Shown one piece after another: positions 37,780 through 50,116 of a stretch of 64,000 nucleotides of DNA (position 1 is the first letter of the stretch; the number at the start of each line of letters is the position of its first letter). The notes under the pieces were generated by a model. That model saw only the letters and a program-made list of their open reading frames with translations. It was not told where the DNA came from and ran no database searches. The stretch comes from Squalus acanthias (taxonomy: Eukaryota): positions 15,750,001 through 15,814,000 of the forward strand of contig CM059433.1 of the NCBI GenBank assembly GCA_030390025.1, written 5' to 3'. Position numbers and translations under genes: made by a program.

Positions 37780-40200
37780 TTCTGCTGTATAAACCAACGG
37801 TCTCAACAATCATCGTGCTGCATGTTGGACAAATTTATTGTATAAAGAATAATCATGAAGCAGGATGAAGCTGATGCTAGGATAGAGCCATTGCCACAAG
37901 AGGATGAGGAGGAAAAGGAAGAAATAGATGAAGGCAACATGCAGCCAAGAATGGTGCACCAGTCACTAATAGATAACGGTTTCAATTAAGTTCCTAATGC
38001 AGCCCTTGAACAATGTGTCCTAACCAAATAGTCAACATACAATAGTTTAATAAACACCATATCAATTCTATCTTAAGTACCATGCTTGTTCATCTTTCCA
38101 TCGGTTACTATATTGCTATGAGCTTTCTTAAAGAAATAAAGTACACCAAACATATTTCTCTACAAATGTGATTGGCAAACTAATGATAACCATATTGCTT
38201 CTCCTTGGTGACCCTAGATGCTGTGTCTACACTAAATTCTAACCTTGTGCTGCATTTAAGAGCTTTCTCAGTGGGAGGAGCAAGTGTAGTGGCCAACATT
38301 GCTGAATAGGGCCCTCATGGGATGGAGGTGGCAGCGTGACTGTCGGTTCTGATCATGAAGCGGTCCTACAAAAGCTGGTGCCATTTCCAATAATGCAGTA
38401 TCTGCCTGTACCATAGCATTTCTGCAGTCTATTAAAGGGGTTAATTAGGTTGCATGGATGCGCCATCACCCCGAGAGAAAGCTGCCTCATCTGTCCTTCC
38501 AACTACTGGCCACTTCTTCAGGTTCCGCATGTACACTGTAGGAATGAAAAATCTGGCACCAAGGTTCTCAAGGTAAAACCGCCATCCTGTCCAATCTGGC
38601 ACCAAGGTTCTCTCAAGGTAAAACCGCCATCCTGTCCAATCTGGCACCTTGGTTGTCTCAAGGTAAAACCGCCATCCTGTCCAATCTGGCACTAAGGTTC
38701 TCTCAAGGTAAAACCGCCACCCTGTCCAATCTGGCACCAAAGTTGTCTCAAGGTAAAACCGCCATCCTGTCCAATCTGGCACCAAGGTTGTCTCAAGGTG
38801 AAACCGCCATCCTGTCCAATCTGGCACTAAGGTTCTCTCAAGGTAAAACCGCCACCCTGTCCAATCTGGCACCAAGGTTGTCTCAAGGTAAAACCGCCAT
38901 CCTGTCCAATCTGGCGCCAAGGTTGTCTCAAGGTAAAACTGCCATCCTGTCCAATCTGGCACCTTGGTTGTCTCAAGGTAAAACCGCCATCCTGTCCAAT
39001 CTGGCACCAAGGTTGTCTCAAGGTAAAACCGCCACCCTGTCCAATCTGGCACCAAGGTTGTCTCAAGGTAAAACCGCCATCCTGTCCAATCTGGCACCAA
39101 GGTTGTCTTAAGGTAAAACCGCCATCCTGTTCAATCTGGCACCAAGGTTCTCTCAAGGTAAAACCGCCATCCTGTCCAATCTGGCACCAAGGTTGTCTCA
39201 AGGTAAAGCCGCCATCCTGTCCAATCTGGCACCAAGGTTCTCTCAAGGTAAAACTGCCATCCTGTCCAATCTGGCACCTTGGTTGTCTCAAGGTAAAACC
39301 GCCATCCTGTCCAATCTGGCACCAAGGTTGTCTCAAGGTAAAACCGCCACCCTGTCCAATCTGGCACCAAGGTTGTCTCAAGGTAAAACCGCCATCCTGT
39401 CCAATCTGGCACCAAGGTTGTCTCAAGGTAAAACCGCCAGCCTGTCCAATCTGGCACCAAGGTTCTCTCAAGGTAAAGCCGCCAGCCTGTCCAATCTGGC
39501 ACCAAGGTTGTCTCAAGGTAAAGCCGCCAGCCTGTCCAATCTGGCATCAAGTGACTCCTCTAAGTTGGAGCCCAATTTCTCAACAGCCGCATGTCATAGT
39601 GTTCTTGACATTTGGGTTTTGGTCCTATAGCCTTCGGGGCTCTCCTCCGGATGGGTCTGCTGCTTCCTGTTCATTCACAACCACGTCCACTTCCTTTTTT
39701 CCGTGCTTGAGATGTGTTCTTCACCCAACAGCCCTTCTTAAAATGTATTGTGTATGTACCCCAGGGTGTTTGCATCTGTGATGGTGTCTGGACCAGGCGG
39801 AGTGTGAGGCATGACATGCTGTAAAGTGCAATGCTTCGCAGAGACAGCAAACCCTACCAGCTCATTTTGGGAAATCTCTATGGAAATAAAAAATGGTGGA
39901 AGAAGGGAATGTCTTCAAACAGATGTAAGATGCTAAGATATCGTGTGCCATGCTGTTGTTGTGCAAAGTTGACCTCTGTTACTGACGGAATGAGTGAGTA
40001 AGTAAATGGAACAAAGAGATGAATAAAAGGAGAATACTTACAGTGTGATGGCGTCACACTACAAAACTCTTCTGTCCTCCATTCCTTATATGGACTTTGG
40101 CGAATATCTTCAAAATAGGGTAGTTGTTTCAGGTTGGAAGGTTACCTCCAGTCTGGGTTCTCTCCTGATGGGTTATATGTGGCCTTCTTCTGAAAGCGCC
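37780..40200. pseudogene. Heavily decayed Harbinger: transposase C-terminus (+, ~37780-37990) and Myb gene remnants (-)
   Basis: VSTII..CCML..EDEEEKEEIDEG..RMVHQSLIDNGFN*; reverse strand 40190-40145 ctttcag|KKATYN.HQERTQTGG matches exon 2 of the other Myb genes. Confidence 0.55.
38551..39548. repeat. 45-bp minisatellite, about 22 copies
   Basis: Unit AGGTAAAACCGCCATCCTGTCCAATCTGGCACCAAGGTTGTCTCA. Confidence 0.97.
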
Positions 40201-40492
40201 CTCAAAACACCAGCTGTTGCACTTTGCAAGAACAGTGAGACGGCCACCCACGGTGCCCAGCTTACACCCCTCCTTGTGCAAGTCCATTATAATGCAGCAT
40301 GTGTGTAAATTCTGGTGGCGGCATTAGTTTGGGGTAGACTGTACAAGATTTCTGCGTGTCAACAGAGGCTATTTCAGTATCGATCACAAAACGTGTGCCC
40401 TGCAGCTACCTTGACATGATAGCAGGTGTGTGCAGGTACAGTAGAGGCCTGGATTAATAATCCAGAGAATGTGAGTTCCAATTCCACCAAGA

Positions 40493-40600
40493 AAGACTTG
40501 CATTTCTATAGCGCCTTTCACGACCACCGGACGTCTCAAAGCGCTTTACAGCCAATGAAGCACTTTTGAAGTGGAGTCACTGTTGTAATGTGAGAAACAA
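40493..40600 (-). mobile_element. SINE/L2-type 3' tail fragment
   Basis: Reverse strand GTAAAGCGCTTTGAGACGTCC..GAAAGGCGCTATAGAAATGCAAGT. Confidence 0.65.
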
Positions 40601-40614
40601 ATGTTGTAATGTGG

Positions 40615-41237
40615 GAAATAAATAGAGGTATAGAGTACAAAAGTGTGGAAATTATGATGAACCTGTATAAAACACTGGTTCGGCCTCAACTGGAGTATTG
40701 TGTCCAATTCTGGGCACCACACTTTAGGAAGGATGTGAAGGCCTTAGGGAAGGTGCAGAAAAGATTTACGAGAATGATTCCAGGAATGAGGGACCTCAGT
40801 TACGTTGATAGACTGGAGAAGCTGGGGTATTCTCCTTGGAGCAGAGAAGATTGAGAGGAGATTTGGTAGAGGTGTTCAAAATCATGAGGGGTCTGGAGAG
40901 AGCAGATAGAGAGAAGCTGTTCCCATTGGCAGAAGGGTCGAGAACCAGAGGACACAGATATAATTGGCAAAAGGACCAAAGACGACGTAAGAAAAAACTA
41001 TTTTACGCAGCGAGTGGTTAAGATCTGGAATGCACTGCCTGAAAGGGTGGTGGAGGCAGACTCAATCTTATCTTTCAAAAGGGAGTTGGATAAGTACCTG
41101 AAGGGAAAAAATTTGCAGGGCTACGGGGAAAGGGCGGGGGAGTGGGGCTAGCTGAAGGGCTCTTGCAGAGAGCCAGCACGGGCTGGACGGACCGAATGGC
41201 CTCCTTCTGTGTTGTAACCATTCTATGATTCTATGAT
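40615..41237 (+). mobile_element. CR1 3' fragment
   Basis: INRGIEYKS..LYKTLVRPQLEYCVQFWAP, EQRRLRGDL, RTRGH; (TTCTATGA)n tail. Confidence 0.9.
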
Positions 41238-41781
41238 TTTTTATCACGCTCTGGGTCAGTTAGACTGCGGTGTATGAGGTGCAGCAGCTGCCAGGATCCT
41301 GAACAATGCGGAAGTGTGAGCCTGATGAGCGTGGAGAGTTTAAACACTGATTTATACAGCGTGGAAATGTTTTTTGGAAGACTTTTTTTTGGAGGGGTGG
41401 GTGGGGGGGGATTTATCACCAACTGCACTTGCTTCTGACTCCTTTCCCCAGAATTAGCCCAACCAAAGATTTTCAGAACCACCATCGCACAGTCAGGGCT
41501 TCTCAGGAGCAAGTATAGTATTCCCTTTGGGCATACCAGTATATACCATTCGCATGGAGAGGAAGAGGAGCAGCAGAGGATGGAGCTAAGGAGAGTCAGG
41601 CATCATTTGAGGAGGATGCAGCCCACTTGGTTTTATCGCACCCCATCGAATATACAGGCAGCACAGGTCATATGAGGACCTCACTGACAAGCTCTGCTGA
41701 AGAAGAATGTGCTTTACCAAAGAGGCAATAGGGCATCTCTGTGAACTGTTACATGAAGTCTAGTAGTCACGATCATTTGCT

Positions 41782-42915
41782 CACACTGCTCTCTCTCTGG
41801 TCATCTGTCCGCACTGCTCTCTCCCTCTGGTCATCTGTCCGCACTGCTCTCTCCCTCTGGTCATCTGTCCGCACTGCTCTCTCTCTCTGGTCATCTGTCC
41901 GCATTGCTCTCTCTCTCTGGTCATCTGTCCGCACTGCTCTCTCTCTCTGGTCATCTGTCCACACTGCTCTCTCTCTCTGGTCATCTGCCAAACTGCTCTC
42001 TCTCTCTGGTCATGTGTCCACACTGCTCTCTCCCTCTGGTCATCTGTCCACACTGCTCTCTCCCTCTGGTCATCTGTCCGCACTGCTCTCTCTCTCTCTG
42101 GTCATCTGTCCACACTGCTCCCTCTCTCTGGTCATCTGTCCGCACTGCTCTCTCTCTCTGGTCATCTGTCCGCACTGCTCCCTCTCTCTGGTCATCTGTC
42201 CGCACTGCTCTCTCTCTGGTCATCTGTCCGCACTGCTCTCTCTCTCTGGTCATCTGTCCACACTGCTCCCTCTCTCTGGTCATCTGTCCACACTGCTCTC
42301 TCCCTCTGGTCATCTGTCCACATTGCTCTCTCTCTCTGGTCATCTGTCCGCACTGCTCTCTCTCTCTGGTCATCTGTCCACACTGCTCTCTCCCTCTGGT
42401 CATCTGTCCACATTGCTCTCTCTCTCTGGTCATCTGTCCGCACTGCTCTCTCTCTCTGGTCATCTGTCCGCACTGCTCTCTCTCTCTGGTCATCTGCCCG
42501 CACTGCTCTCTCTCTCTGGCCTTCTGTCCGCACTGCTCTCTCTCTCTGTTCATCTGCCTGCACTGCTCTCTCTCTCTGGCCATCTGTCCGCACTGCTCTC
42601 TCTCTCTGGTCATCTGCCCGCACTGCTCTCTCCCTCTGGTCATCTGTCCGCACTGCTCTCTCTCTCTGGTCATCTGTCCGCACTGCTCTCTCCCTCTGGT
42701 CATCTGTCCGCACTGCTCTCTCTCTCTGGTCATCTGTCCACACTGCTCTCTCTGGTCATCTGTCCACACTGCTCTCTCTGGACATCTGCTCGCACTGCTC
42801 TCTCTCTCTGGTCATCTGTCCACACTGCTCTCTCTCTCTGGTCATCTGTCCGCACTGCTCTCTCTCTCTGGTCATCTGTCCGCACTGCTCTCTCTCTCTG
42901 GTCATCTGCCCGCAT
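41782..42915. repeat. 30-bp minisatellite, left array (about 38 units)
   Basis: Unit CACTGCTCTCTCTCTCTGGTCATCTGTCCG with a variable (CT)n tract. Confidence 0.97.
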
Positions 42916-44176
42916 TGTGATGTAGGCTTCGCAAAATCCCCCAGAAACTCGAACAGAGCCCTTAAGGGAGTGATTTTTGGACCTTTCATACAAACTAGGG
43001 ATGATGGGACCTAAGTGAAGTGATTTGATGTAAAAACCTCAGTTTTGGAAAGATCAGGGAAGAAAAACCCTGAGGAAACTGACTTTTGAATCTTACTGTT
43101 GGGAGAGACACCTTTCACAGACACAAGACAAGCTGCGGAGGGGCGTGGCCAGGCAGTGAACCGCTTTGGGTATTGGGGCCCAATCAAGCTGTCTGGGAAT
43201 TGTTTACACTGCAAATCCTACCAAGGAGGAAGAGACAAACCAAAAACTCACACACACATCGAAATATGAATAATCCAAGACCCCCTTTTGAAATTCCCAG
43301 GCCCAAACAGGATACCAGAAGCCTGAAATCAATAAAACATTTAGTACTTCATCAAAAACCAATCAACCAGGTATCCACAGAACAGATTTAAAAGCCCGCC
43401 AAAAGACCTAGGACAATAGGGTTGAGATTTGACGCGTAGATAAGGCTGTGTTTAAATCAGAAAACGATCAAGACATGTTTAACACTGAGCTAAAGCCATC
43501 GGAACTGGCAAGCCCGCCAAAACTAGACAATGGACTAAGCAAGGTTCATTTGCAACCTAAAGGAATCCGTTTTAGTAAGGGGTTTTTGGGCGCGAAAAAG
43601 AAACAGTATAATTGAAAGCCTGTCCCATAACTTCTTTCTCTTTCGGACTCGCTGACTACGCTGACACAGCTCTCTCCCTGCTCCAGCAAAAACCACCACA
43701 AGCCACGAGGAGGAAGGCCAGCAAGCAGACCAGCATACAAGAAGAAACCAGAGCGACTGCCTCAGTGACCATCGGACACCTCGTAGCAACAAGGGCTGTA
43801 CGAAATCTTTTAAACAAAAGACTCTAAAATCCTGTCAAGGATTCGTTGGTGAGCATTATCCCTGATCTCCTGAAACCAAAAACCTAGCTAGATAGTGGGA
43901 TCTTTGGGAGGGATAAGGTTTTGTTTGGTATATTGTCCTTCTCCCTCGCTTGTACCGTATGCTCCTCAATCTGTGTTTAAGTAATAAGTTTGTTTCAAGT
44001 TTGTTACCTTTTTCTTTTAATAAAGTAAAATTCTTTCATCAGAACCTGTCGTCTACTGCAATTTTGTTCACAACCCCTAAATAAGTCCAAAGTCTAGGAA
44101 CCAGAGGGGTGTGGGAGCGATTCGAACCGCTCACTGAGTCAGAAAGTGAAGGCTGACCCCATTACCATCCCCTACA
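42916..44176 (+). mobile_element. Non-coding 1.26-kb insert, probable solo LTR
   Basis: Interrupts the array cleanly; TG..CA ends (TGTAGG at 42921 / CCTACA at 44171); AATAAA at 44019; no ORF and no clear TSD. Confidence 0.55.
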
Positions 44177-45282
44177 CTCTCTCTGGTCATCTGTCCACAC
44201 TGCTCTCTCTCTCTGGACATCTGTCGCACTGCTCTCTCTTTCTGGACATCTGTCCACACTGCTCTCTCTCTCTGGTCATCTGTCCGCACTGCTCTCTCTT
44301 TCTGGACATCTGTCCACACTGCTCTCTCTCTCTGGACATCTGTCCACACTGCTCTCTCTCTCTGGTCATCTGTCCGCACTGCTCTCTCTCTCTGGTCATC
44401 TGTCCACTCTGCTCTCTCTCTCTGGTCATCTGTCCACACTGCTCTCTCTCTCTGGTCATCTGTCCGCACTGCTCTCTCTCTCTGGTCATCTGTCCACTCT
44501 GCTCTCTCTCTCTGGTCATCTGTCCGCACTGCTCTCTCTCTCTGGTCATCTGTCCATACTGCTCTCTCTCTCTGGTCATCTGTCCACTCTGCTCTCTCTC
44601 TCTGGTCATCTGTCCATACTGCTCTCTTTCTCTGGTCATCTGTCCACTCTGCTCTCTCTCTCTGGTCATCTGCCCACACTGCTCCCTCTCTCTGGTCATC
44701 TGTCCACACTGCTCTCTCTCTCTGGTCATCTGCCCGCTCTGCTCTCTCTCTCTGGTCATCTGTCCGCACTGCTCTCTCTCTCTGGTCATCTGCCCGCTCT
44801 GCTCTCTCTCTCTGGTCATCTGTCCGCACTGCTCTCTTTCTCTGGTCATCTGTCCGCACTGCTCTCTCTCTCTGGTCATCTGCCCGCTCTGCTCTCTCTC
44901 TCTGGTCATCTGTCCTCCCTGCTCTCTCTGGTCATCTGCCCGCACTGCTTTCTCTCTCTGGTCATCTGTCCACACTGCTCTCTCTCTCTGGTCATCTGTC
45001 CGCACTGCTCTCTTTCTCTGGTCATCTGTCCACACTGCTCTCTCTCTCTGGTCATCTGCCCGCACTGCTCTCTCTCTCTGGTCATCTGTCCGCACTGCTC
45101 TCTTTCTCTGGTCATCTGCCCGCACTGCTCTCTCTCTCTCTGGTCATCTGTCCACACTGCTCTCTCTCTCTCTGGTCATCTGCCCGCACTGCTCTCTCTC
45201 TCTGGACATCTGCCCGCACTGCTCTCTCTCTCTGGACATCTGTCCGCACTGCTCTCTCTCTCTGGTCATCTGCCCGCACTGC
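44177..45282. repeat. 30-bp minisatellite, right array (about 37 units)
   Basis: Same unit as the left array, with different variants (GGAC, CTCT). Confidence 0.97.
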
Positions 45283-46296
45283 TTTGTCTGTTGTTATGAA
45301 GGTGACCACTGCCTTGAACTTCTACAACACAGGGTCATTTCAGGCAGCCATAGTTGATCTCTGTAATATCAGCCAGCGAGCAGTCCAGGCATGGATTTGT
45401 CAAGTCACTGATGATGTTTTTTTACAGGAGAGCTGGCTAACTCACAGCCTTTGAATTACGGGAAGGCAACAGGTAGATAGGACCACACAGTTTTATGGGT
45501 TGCGAGCTTCCCCAAAGTCCAGGGTGCAAGTGCTGACACCCACATTGCTTTGAGGGCCCATAGATCACCAGGAAAGGATTCCACTCCTTAAATGTCCAGA
45601 TAGCAAGTGTCAACAATCAGAGGCTCTTAGAGGAGTGCTACAATGAGGTACTTGCCTCTACTAGACTGGTCATCGAGAGGACCATTCGGGTGTTGTAAAC
45701 ATGCTTTTGCTCCATGGACAGGTCAGGAAGCGATCTTCAGAGTGCTCCAGATCAGATGTCTACAATAGTTATTTACTGTTGTGCCCTTCACAACTTTACA
45801 CTGCAAGAATGGCTACATTTTGATATGGCAGAGAAGGGGGCCCTTGTTCTGTTGGAACTAGAACTGCACAGAGCAGACCACTCGGAGGAGGCCTCACTGA
45901 CTGCTGCAAGAGGCATCAGAGGATATCTTCTCCTCCGTGCAACACAATCTACCTTTGGCCCCACAGCCTGACCTCCTTCTGTTCCACTTGCAGGTAAAGG
46001 GATATTCCCTCAATCTACTAACCATCTTACAGCACAACAACACATTAACCTTCTTTGTGCCTAAGTTACTGTGCCAAGCTAAAGGAATAAGTCAGCACCA
46101 ACTGAGTGAACCCTTTCCTGTATCCGCCATGAATAACAAAGCACCATGTCAGGGCAGAGTCTATTTTAATACCGTAATTGCAATACGCTCACAATCACCC
46201 TACTCTTTCCTAACACCGTGCTTTCCCTTGCTGCTGATCATTTTCCTTCAGAAAAGTCCTTCACCCTGGGAAACATTGCATCAGTGATGTGATGAA

Positions 46297-46734
46297 CACG
46301 GTGGCATAGTGGTTAGCACTGGTGCCTCACAGCGCCAGAGACCCGGGTTCGAATCTGACCTCGGGTGACTGTCTGTGTGGAGTTTGCACATTCTCCCCGT
46401 GTCTGCGTGGGTTTCCTCCGGGTGCTCCGGTTTCCTCCCACAGTCCAAAAATGTGTGGCTTAGGTTGATTTGGCTATGATAAATTGACCCTTAGTGTTAG
46501 GGGGGATTAAATATGTGGGGTTATGGGGATAGGATGGGATATGTTAGGTGGAATTAAATACGTGGGGTTACGGGGGTAGGGTGGGATATGTGTACTGTGG
46601 GGATTAAAGCAGGGACAGGGTACTGGATTTGGATGATCAGCCATGATCGTATTGAATGGCGGGGCAGGCTCGACGGGCCGAATGGCCTACTCCTGCTCCT
46701 AGATTCTATGTTTCTATGTTTCTATGTTTCTATG
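46297..46734 (+). mobile_element. V-SINE (HE1-like), young copy
   Basis: About 3 substitutions versus 16107-16527; (TTTCTATG)n tail. Confidence 0.92.
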
Positions 46735-48537
46735 AATGCAGTGACCTACCGCAGGCTGCCTGATCTGATGCACGCTACCCGAGGAAGCTCAAAAGTCACG
46801 GACATAGATGAAGTCTGACTGTAAGAGACAGCAAGATCCTGAGACTGCCTCCCTGCCTAAGCAATGATAAGAAAGCTCCTCAACAGGCAATGAAAGCCAG
46901 TAAAGCTACCTGTCCATGCCTTGGATCCCCACATTATCCTATTTGCAACCATTCCCCCTCATGGAACGCCAGCATTTTCCAAAACAGAAGAGGTTTAGAC
47001 TCAGGGAACACTCAGGAATTCTGGGCACATGCAACCTTAGTACAACTGTGCATGCCAGCTTTCACAGCTGTAGGGCAACTTGATCTCACCAGATGTTTGA
47101 GGATGGGGATATTTTAACATGAATTATTGTGTGATGATAAGTTAGAAACATGCATTTTTTTTTAAATGAGTTGCCTGCCTGAACATTTTGCTCTTCTCCA
47201 CACGAACTGTAGTTTGATGCACTATCTTCTACACCAAAACCCCAAAATAAAGAGTTACCAAAAGAAAATTTTGATTAACAAAACACAAGAACTGTTTGTA
47301 TAGATTTCATAAGAGAGGAGCTTACAATATAGCCTTACAAATATAGACTGTTGTTGTGTGTATTGGCCTGTATAACATGGCAACACGGGAGGGATAAAAT
47401 TGGTCAGAAAGCAACAATAGACATCAGATATGCATGACTAAAGGATGGACTGAAAATTGTACGACTGGACTGAAATCATAGTACGCAATTATTAGTAACA
47501 TCATGTGTTAATGGATTTGTATAACATTATTTTGACTACTCTTTTCCTACTATTTTAGCGATGGCAGCAACTCATTTATTTTAAACTCATGAATGCAGCA
47601 GTTTCTAATATTACACAACCTATACATTAGTGACTCAGCCAGCCTTACTATTTATATATTCATTTTCTTCCAACTGTGCATACACCCTCTCGTCACACTT
47701 TGCTTACTTCCGATTTGGCAATTTTGTCCCGTCTTGTGACATTTAGTAATGCCTAAAAGTAATGCCAGTTTGAATTACTTTTAATGGGTAAAATTTAACG
47801 CTTGTTTATATTACATATTTACCATTCAGTTCTCCCAACACTAGGTAGCACTGTATCATGAACACATAGGTCCTCCTACCGCTTTGTCTTTACTGTGTGT
47901 CCCAGTTACATCTGCAACCATGAGTCATTTATTTTGTTATATTTTAAATTTTCTAATGTTTTAAAAATTAAATGCATGAGTAATAGAGCTTTTAATTTGG
48001 AGACCGATTTAACTGCACTTATGGGAATTGGCAGCTGGGAATTAAGTAAATAATTGCAGTCTAAATAAATTCAAACGGGTTTTGGGGGGAGAATGCTAGT
48101 TGGGAATGAAGCTAATCTGCTGTGTTTTCAATACATTCCAGCAGGCTTTGTGGGGCAGCATGACACCCATAAATTAAGTAGATAACTGCAGTCAGCTCGA
48201 GGTAAATCAATCAATCCACCCTGAATATATTCAGTCAGGTGGGGAACAGCCTAGCCAGGAATGAATAAATTCAATAAGTAGAACCTGAATAAATGCAAGT
48301 TGAGCTTTAGGGATAGCACGTCAGTCACAAATTAATAATTTAATGCCTTCTAAATATATCCAATGCAGCTTTGGGCCGAACAGTTTTGAACTAATTAAGT
48401 AAATGGTCACTGAACAGATAAAAAATCAGGCTTTGGGGGGCAGCACATTAGCCACAAATTAATTAATTAGTCATCCCATTTCCTGTCTCCACCATCCAAT
48501 ATCCCTTCCTTATAAAACAACATTACTTTGGACTTCA

Positions 48538-49415
48538 GGGCCGCGATTTTATGCTTCGAGGCGGCTTGGGAGCGGGTCAGCTGCCTTCTGGGTTCCAGTC
48601 CCGCCCCCAACTACATCCAGCCCACAAACGTGATTTTACGTCAATTGGCTTTGTTAAACCCACCATGCGGGCTTGCCGGCCAATTAAGAGGAAGCCGGTG
48701 TCAGATGACGTCATTTGATGATGCGTCATCTGCCGGTTTTCTTAAAGGGACCACGCACAATTTTTTTGGACAGTTGATTTTTCAGTGTTTGACAGCATTG
48801 AGGTGCTGCAAACACTGACAATCACTACACAAAGGTGAACTCTTGCACCCAGGCTCTCCAGTGACTCCCTCTTTAGGCTAGAACAGATGGCAGCTACAGG
48901 TGAGGTTACAGAAGCGATCTGTCACTGGTGAGAGAGGTTCTCCCAATGAGGTGGGACTAGACATACAATTCAAAACTTGTTCCCTACAGAAAAGTCTAAA
49001 TGCATTAAAAAGGAATTTCCCACCATTTTCTTACCTCTGAAACTCACCAGTGAACCATTGGATCCTTCACACCACTTCTGCAGCTGTCATTAATGCTGAA
49101 ACATTATAGCAGACTCACAACACGCCACATTTACCTGGCGTGGTGTCCGGACGTTGGGAAGTCCTCAGCAGAAGTATCAAAATTGGAAAAAGCCTGTTAA
49201 CTACCTGTTAACTACCTGTTAACTACCTGTTAACAAGCAGTTAAGTGGCTATAATCCTCTTCCCGCCGCTATGTGTCAGGTCCATGTGCAAATCGGGGAC
49301 CCGACACTTGGGAAGATTGATTGGAGGCGGGTTGACAGCGGGTTTCCGACCCGCTGTCAATCTTTGCGATTTTGCCGGATGTCCCACCTCCTGAGCAATG
49401 GGAAAATTCCGGCCC
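48538..49415. mobile_element. Harbinger-type MITE
   Basis: Termini GGGCCGCGATTTT / AAAATTCCGGCCC; GGCGGG-rich subtermini; internal (CTACCTGTTAA)x3. Confidence 0.65.
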
Positions 49416-50116
49416 CTGTCAGCAACATGACAGCAGATTCATGAGTACAATAATAAAGGTATAAATGAATCTCAAGGATGGTTGGCCTTTATTTTTGACT
49501 CATTCTTCCCCCAAAAAATAGGCAACAGGACGGACGATAATGAACAATACTCTACCAAACTGTTAGGCATATTTCTGTAGTCACATAAAGCCATATTTTC
49601 CTTTGGGTGATTTTTTTTATGAAAAAGATTTGTATGAACAGGGGTGTTCGACTCACAGAAAGCTTTTACAACTGGCTCCAGTGCACCAGATTTGTTCTTT
49701 TGTGTTGCAATTAAGTGTCTTGCTTCCATCCTGAAAATGGTCATGGAAATTAGCAAGAAGGATTTTTATTTTTTATTTTAAGACAAGTTATAATCAAGAG
49801 CATGTAATTGGAGCAAGGGAGAAGCGAGTACTGAAATCCAGGCCAAAACTGGCAATCAATCAGTTACATAATAGGTAACATTCCACAGAAGTGAATAGTA
49901 CCGAGAGATTTTCATCTCAATAGATGGAGGAAATGGCATTACCAGGGATCTATTAGTGCAGCAGGAGCAGGAGAGAAGGTTTGTCTGGAAGTACTGAAGG
50001 CAAAGGAAGTGTATGACTCTTGTACTACCCCAAGGAGTTGATCTACCACAGCAGAATCAGCTACCTGGGCGTGATGGAGGAAGTGCATGCTGAGTGTCAG
50101 GCTCAGCTGCTACAGT

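Larger units (their letters stand above)
41550..45970 (+). pseudogene. Fossil Harbinger transposase split by a minisatellite and an LTR-like insert
   Basis: Left part PHRIYRQHRSYEDLTDKLC*RRMCFTKEAIGHLCELL; right part TALSVVMKVTTALNFYNTGSFQAAIVDLCNISQ, FPKVQGA..THIALRA, RKGFHSLNVQ, IERTIRVL, CCALHN. Confidence 0.85.

Noticed and set aside
38441..39630. Repeat-protein ORFs or a CRISPR array in the 45-bp repeat
   Set aside because: Head-to-tail units with no unique spacers and no cas genes; the ORFs arise from a unit length divisible by 3.
41741..45357. CPHC-rich zinc-finger-like ORFs
   Set aside because: Translation artefacts of the 30-bp minisatellite, open in many frames and shifted by (CT)n slippage.
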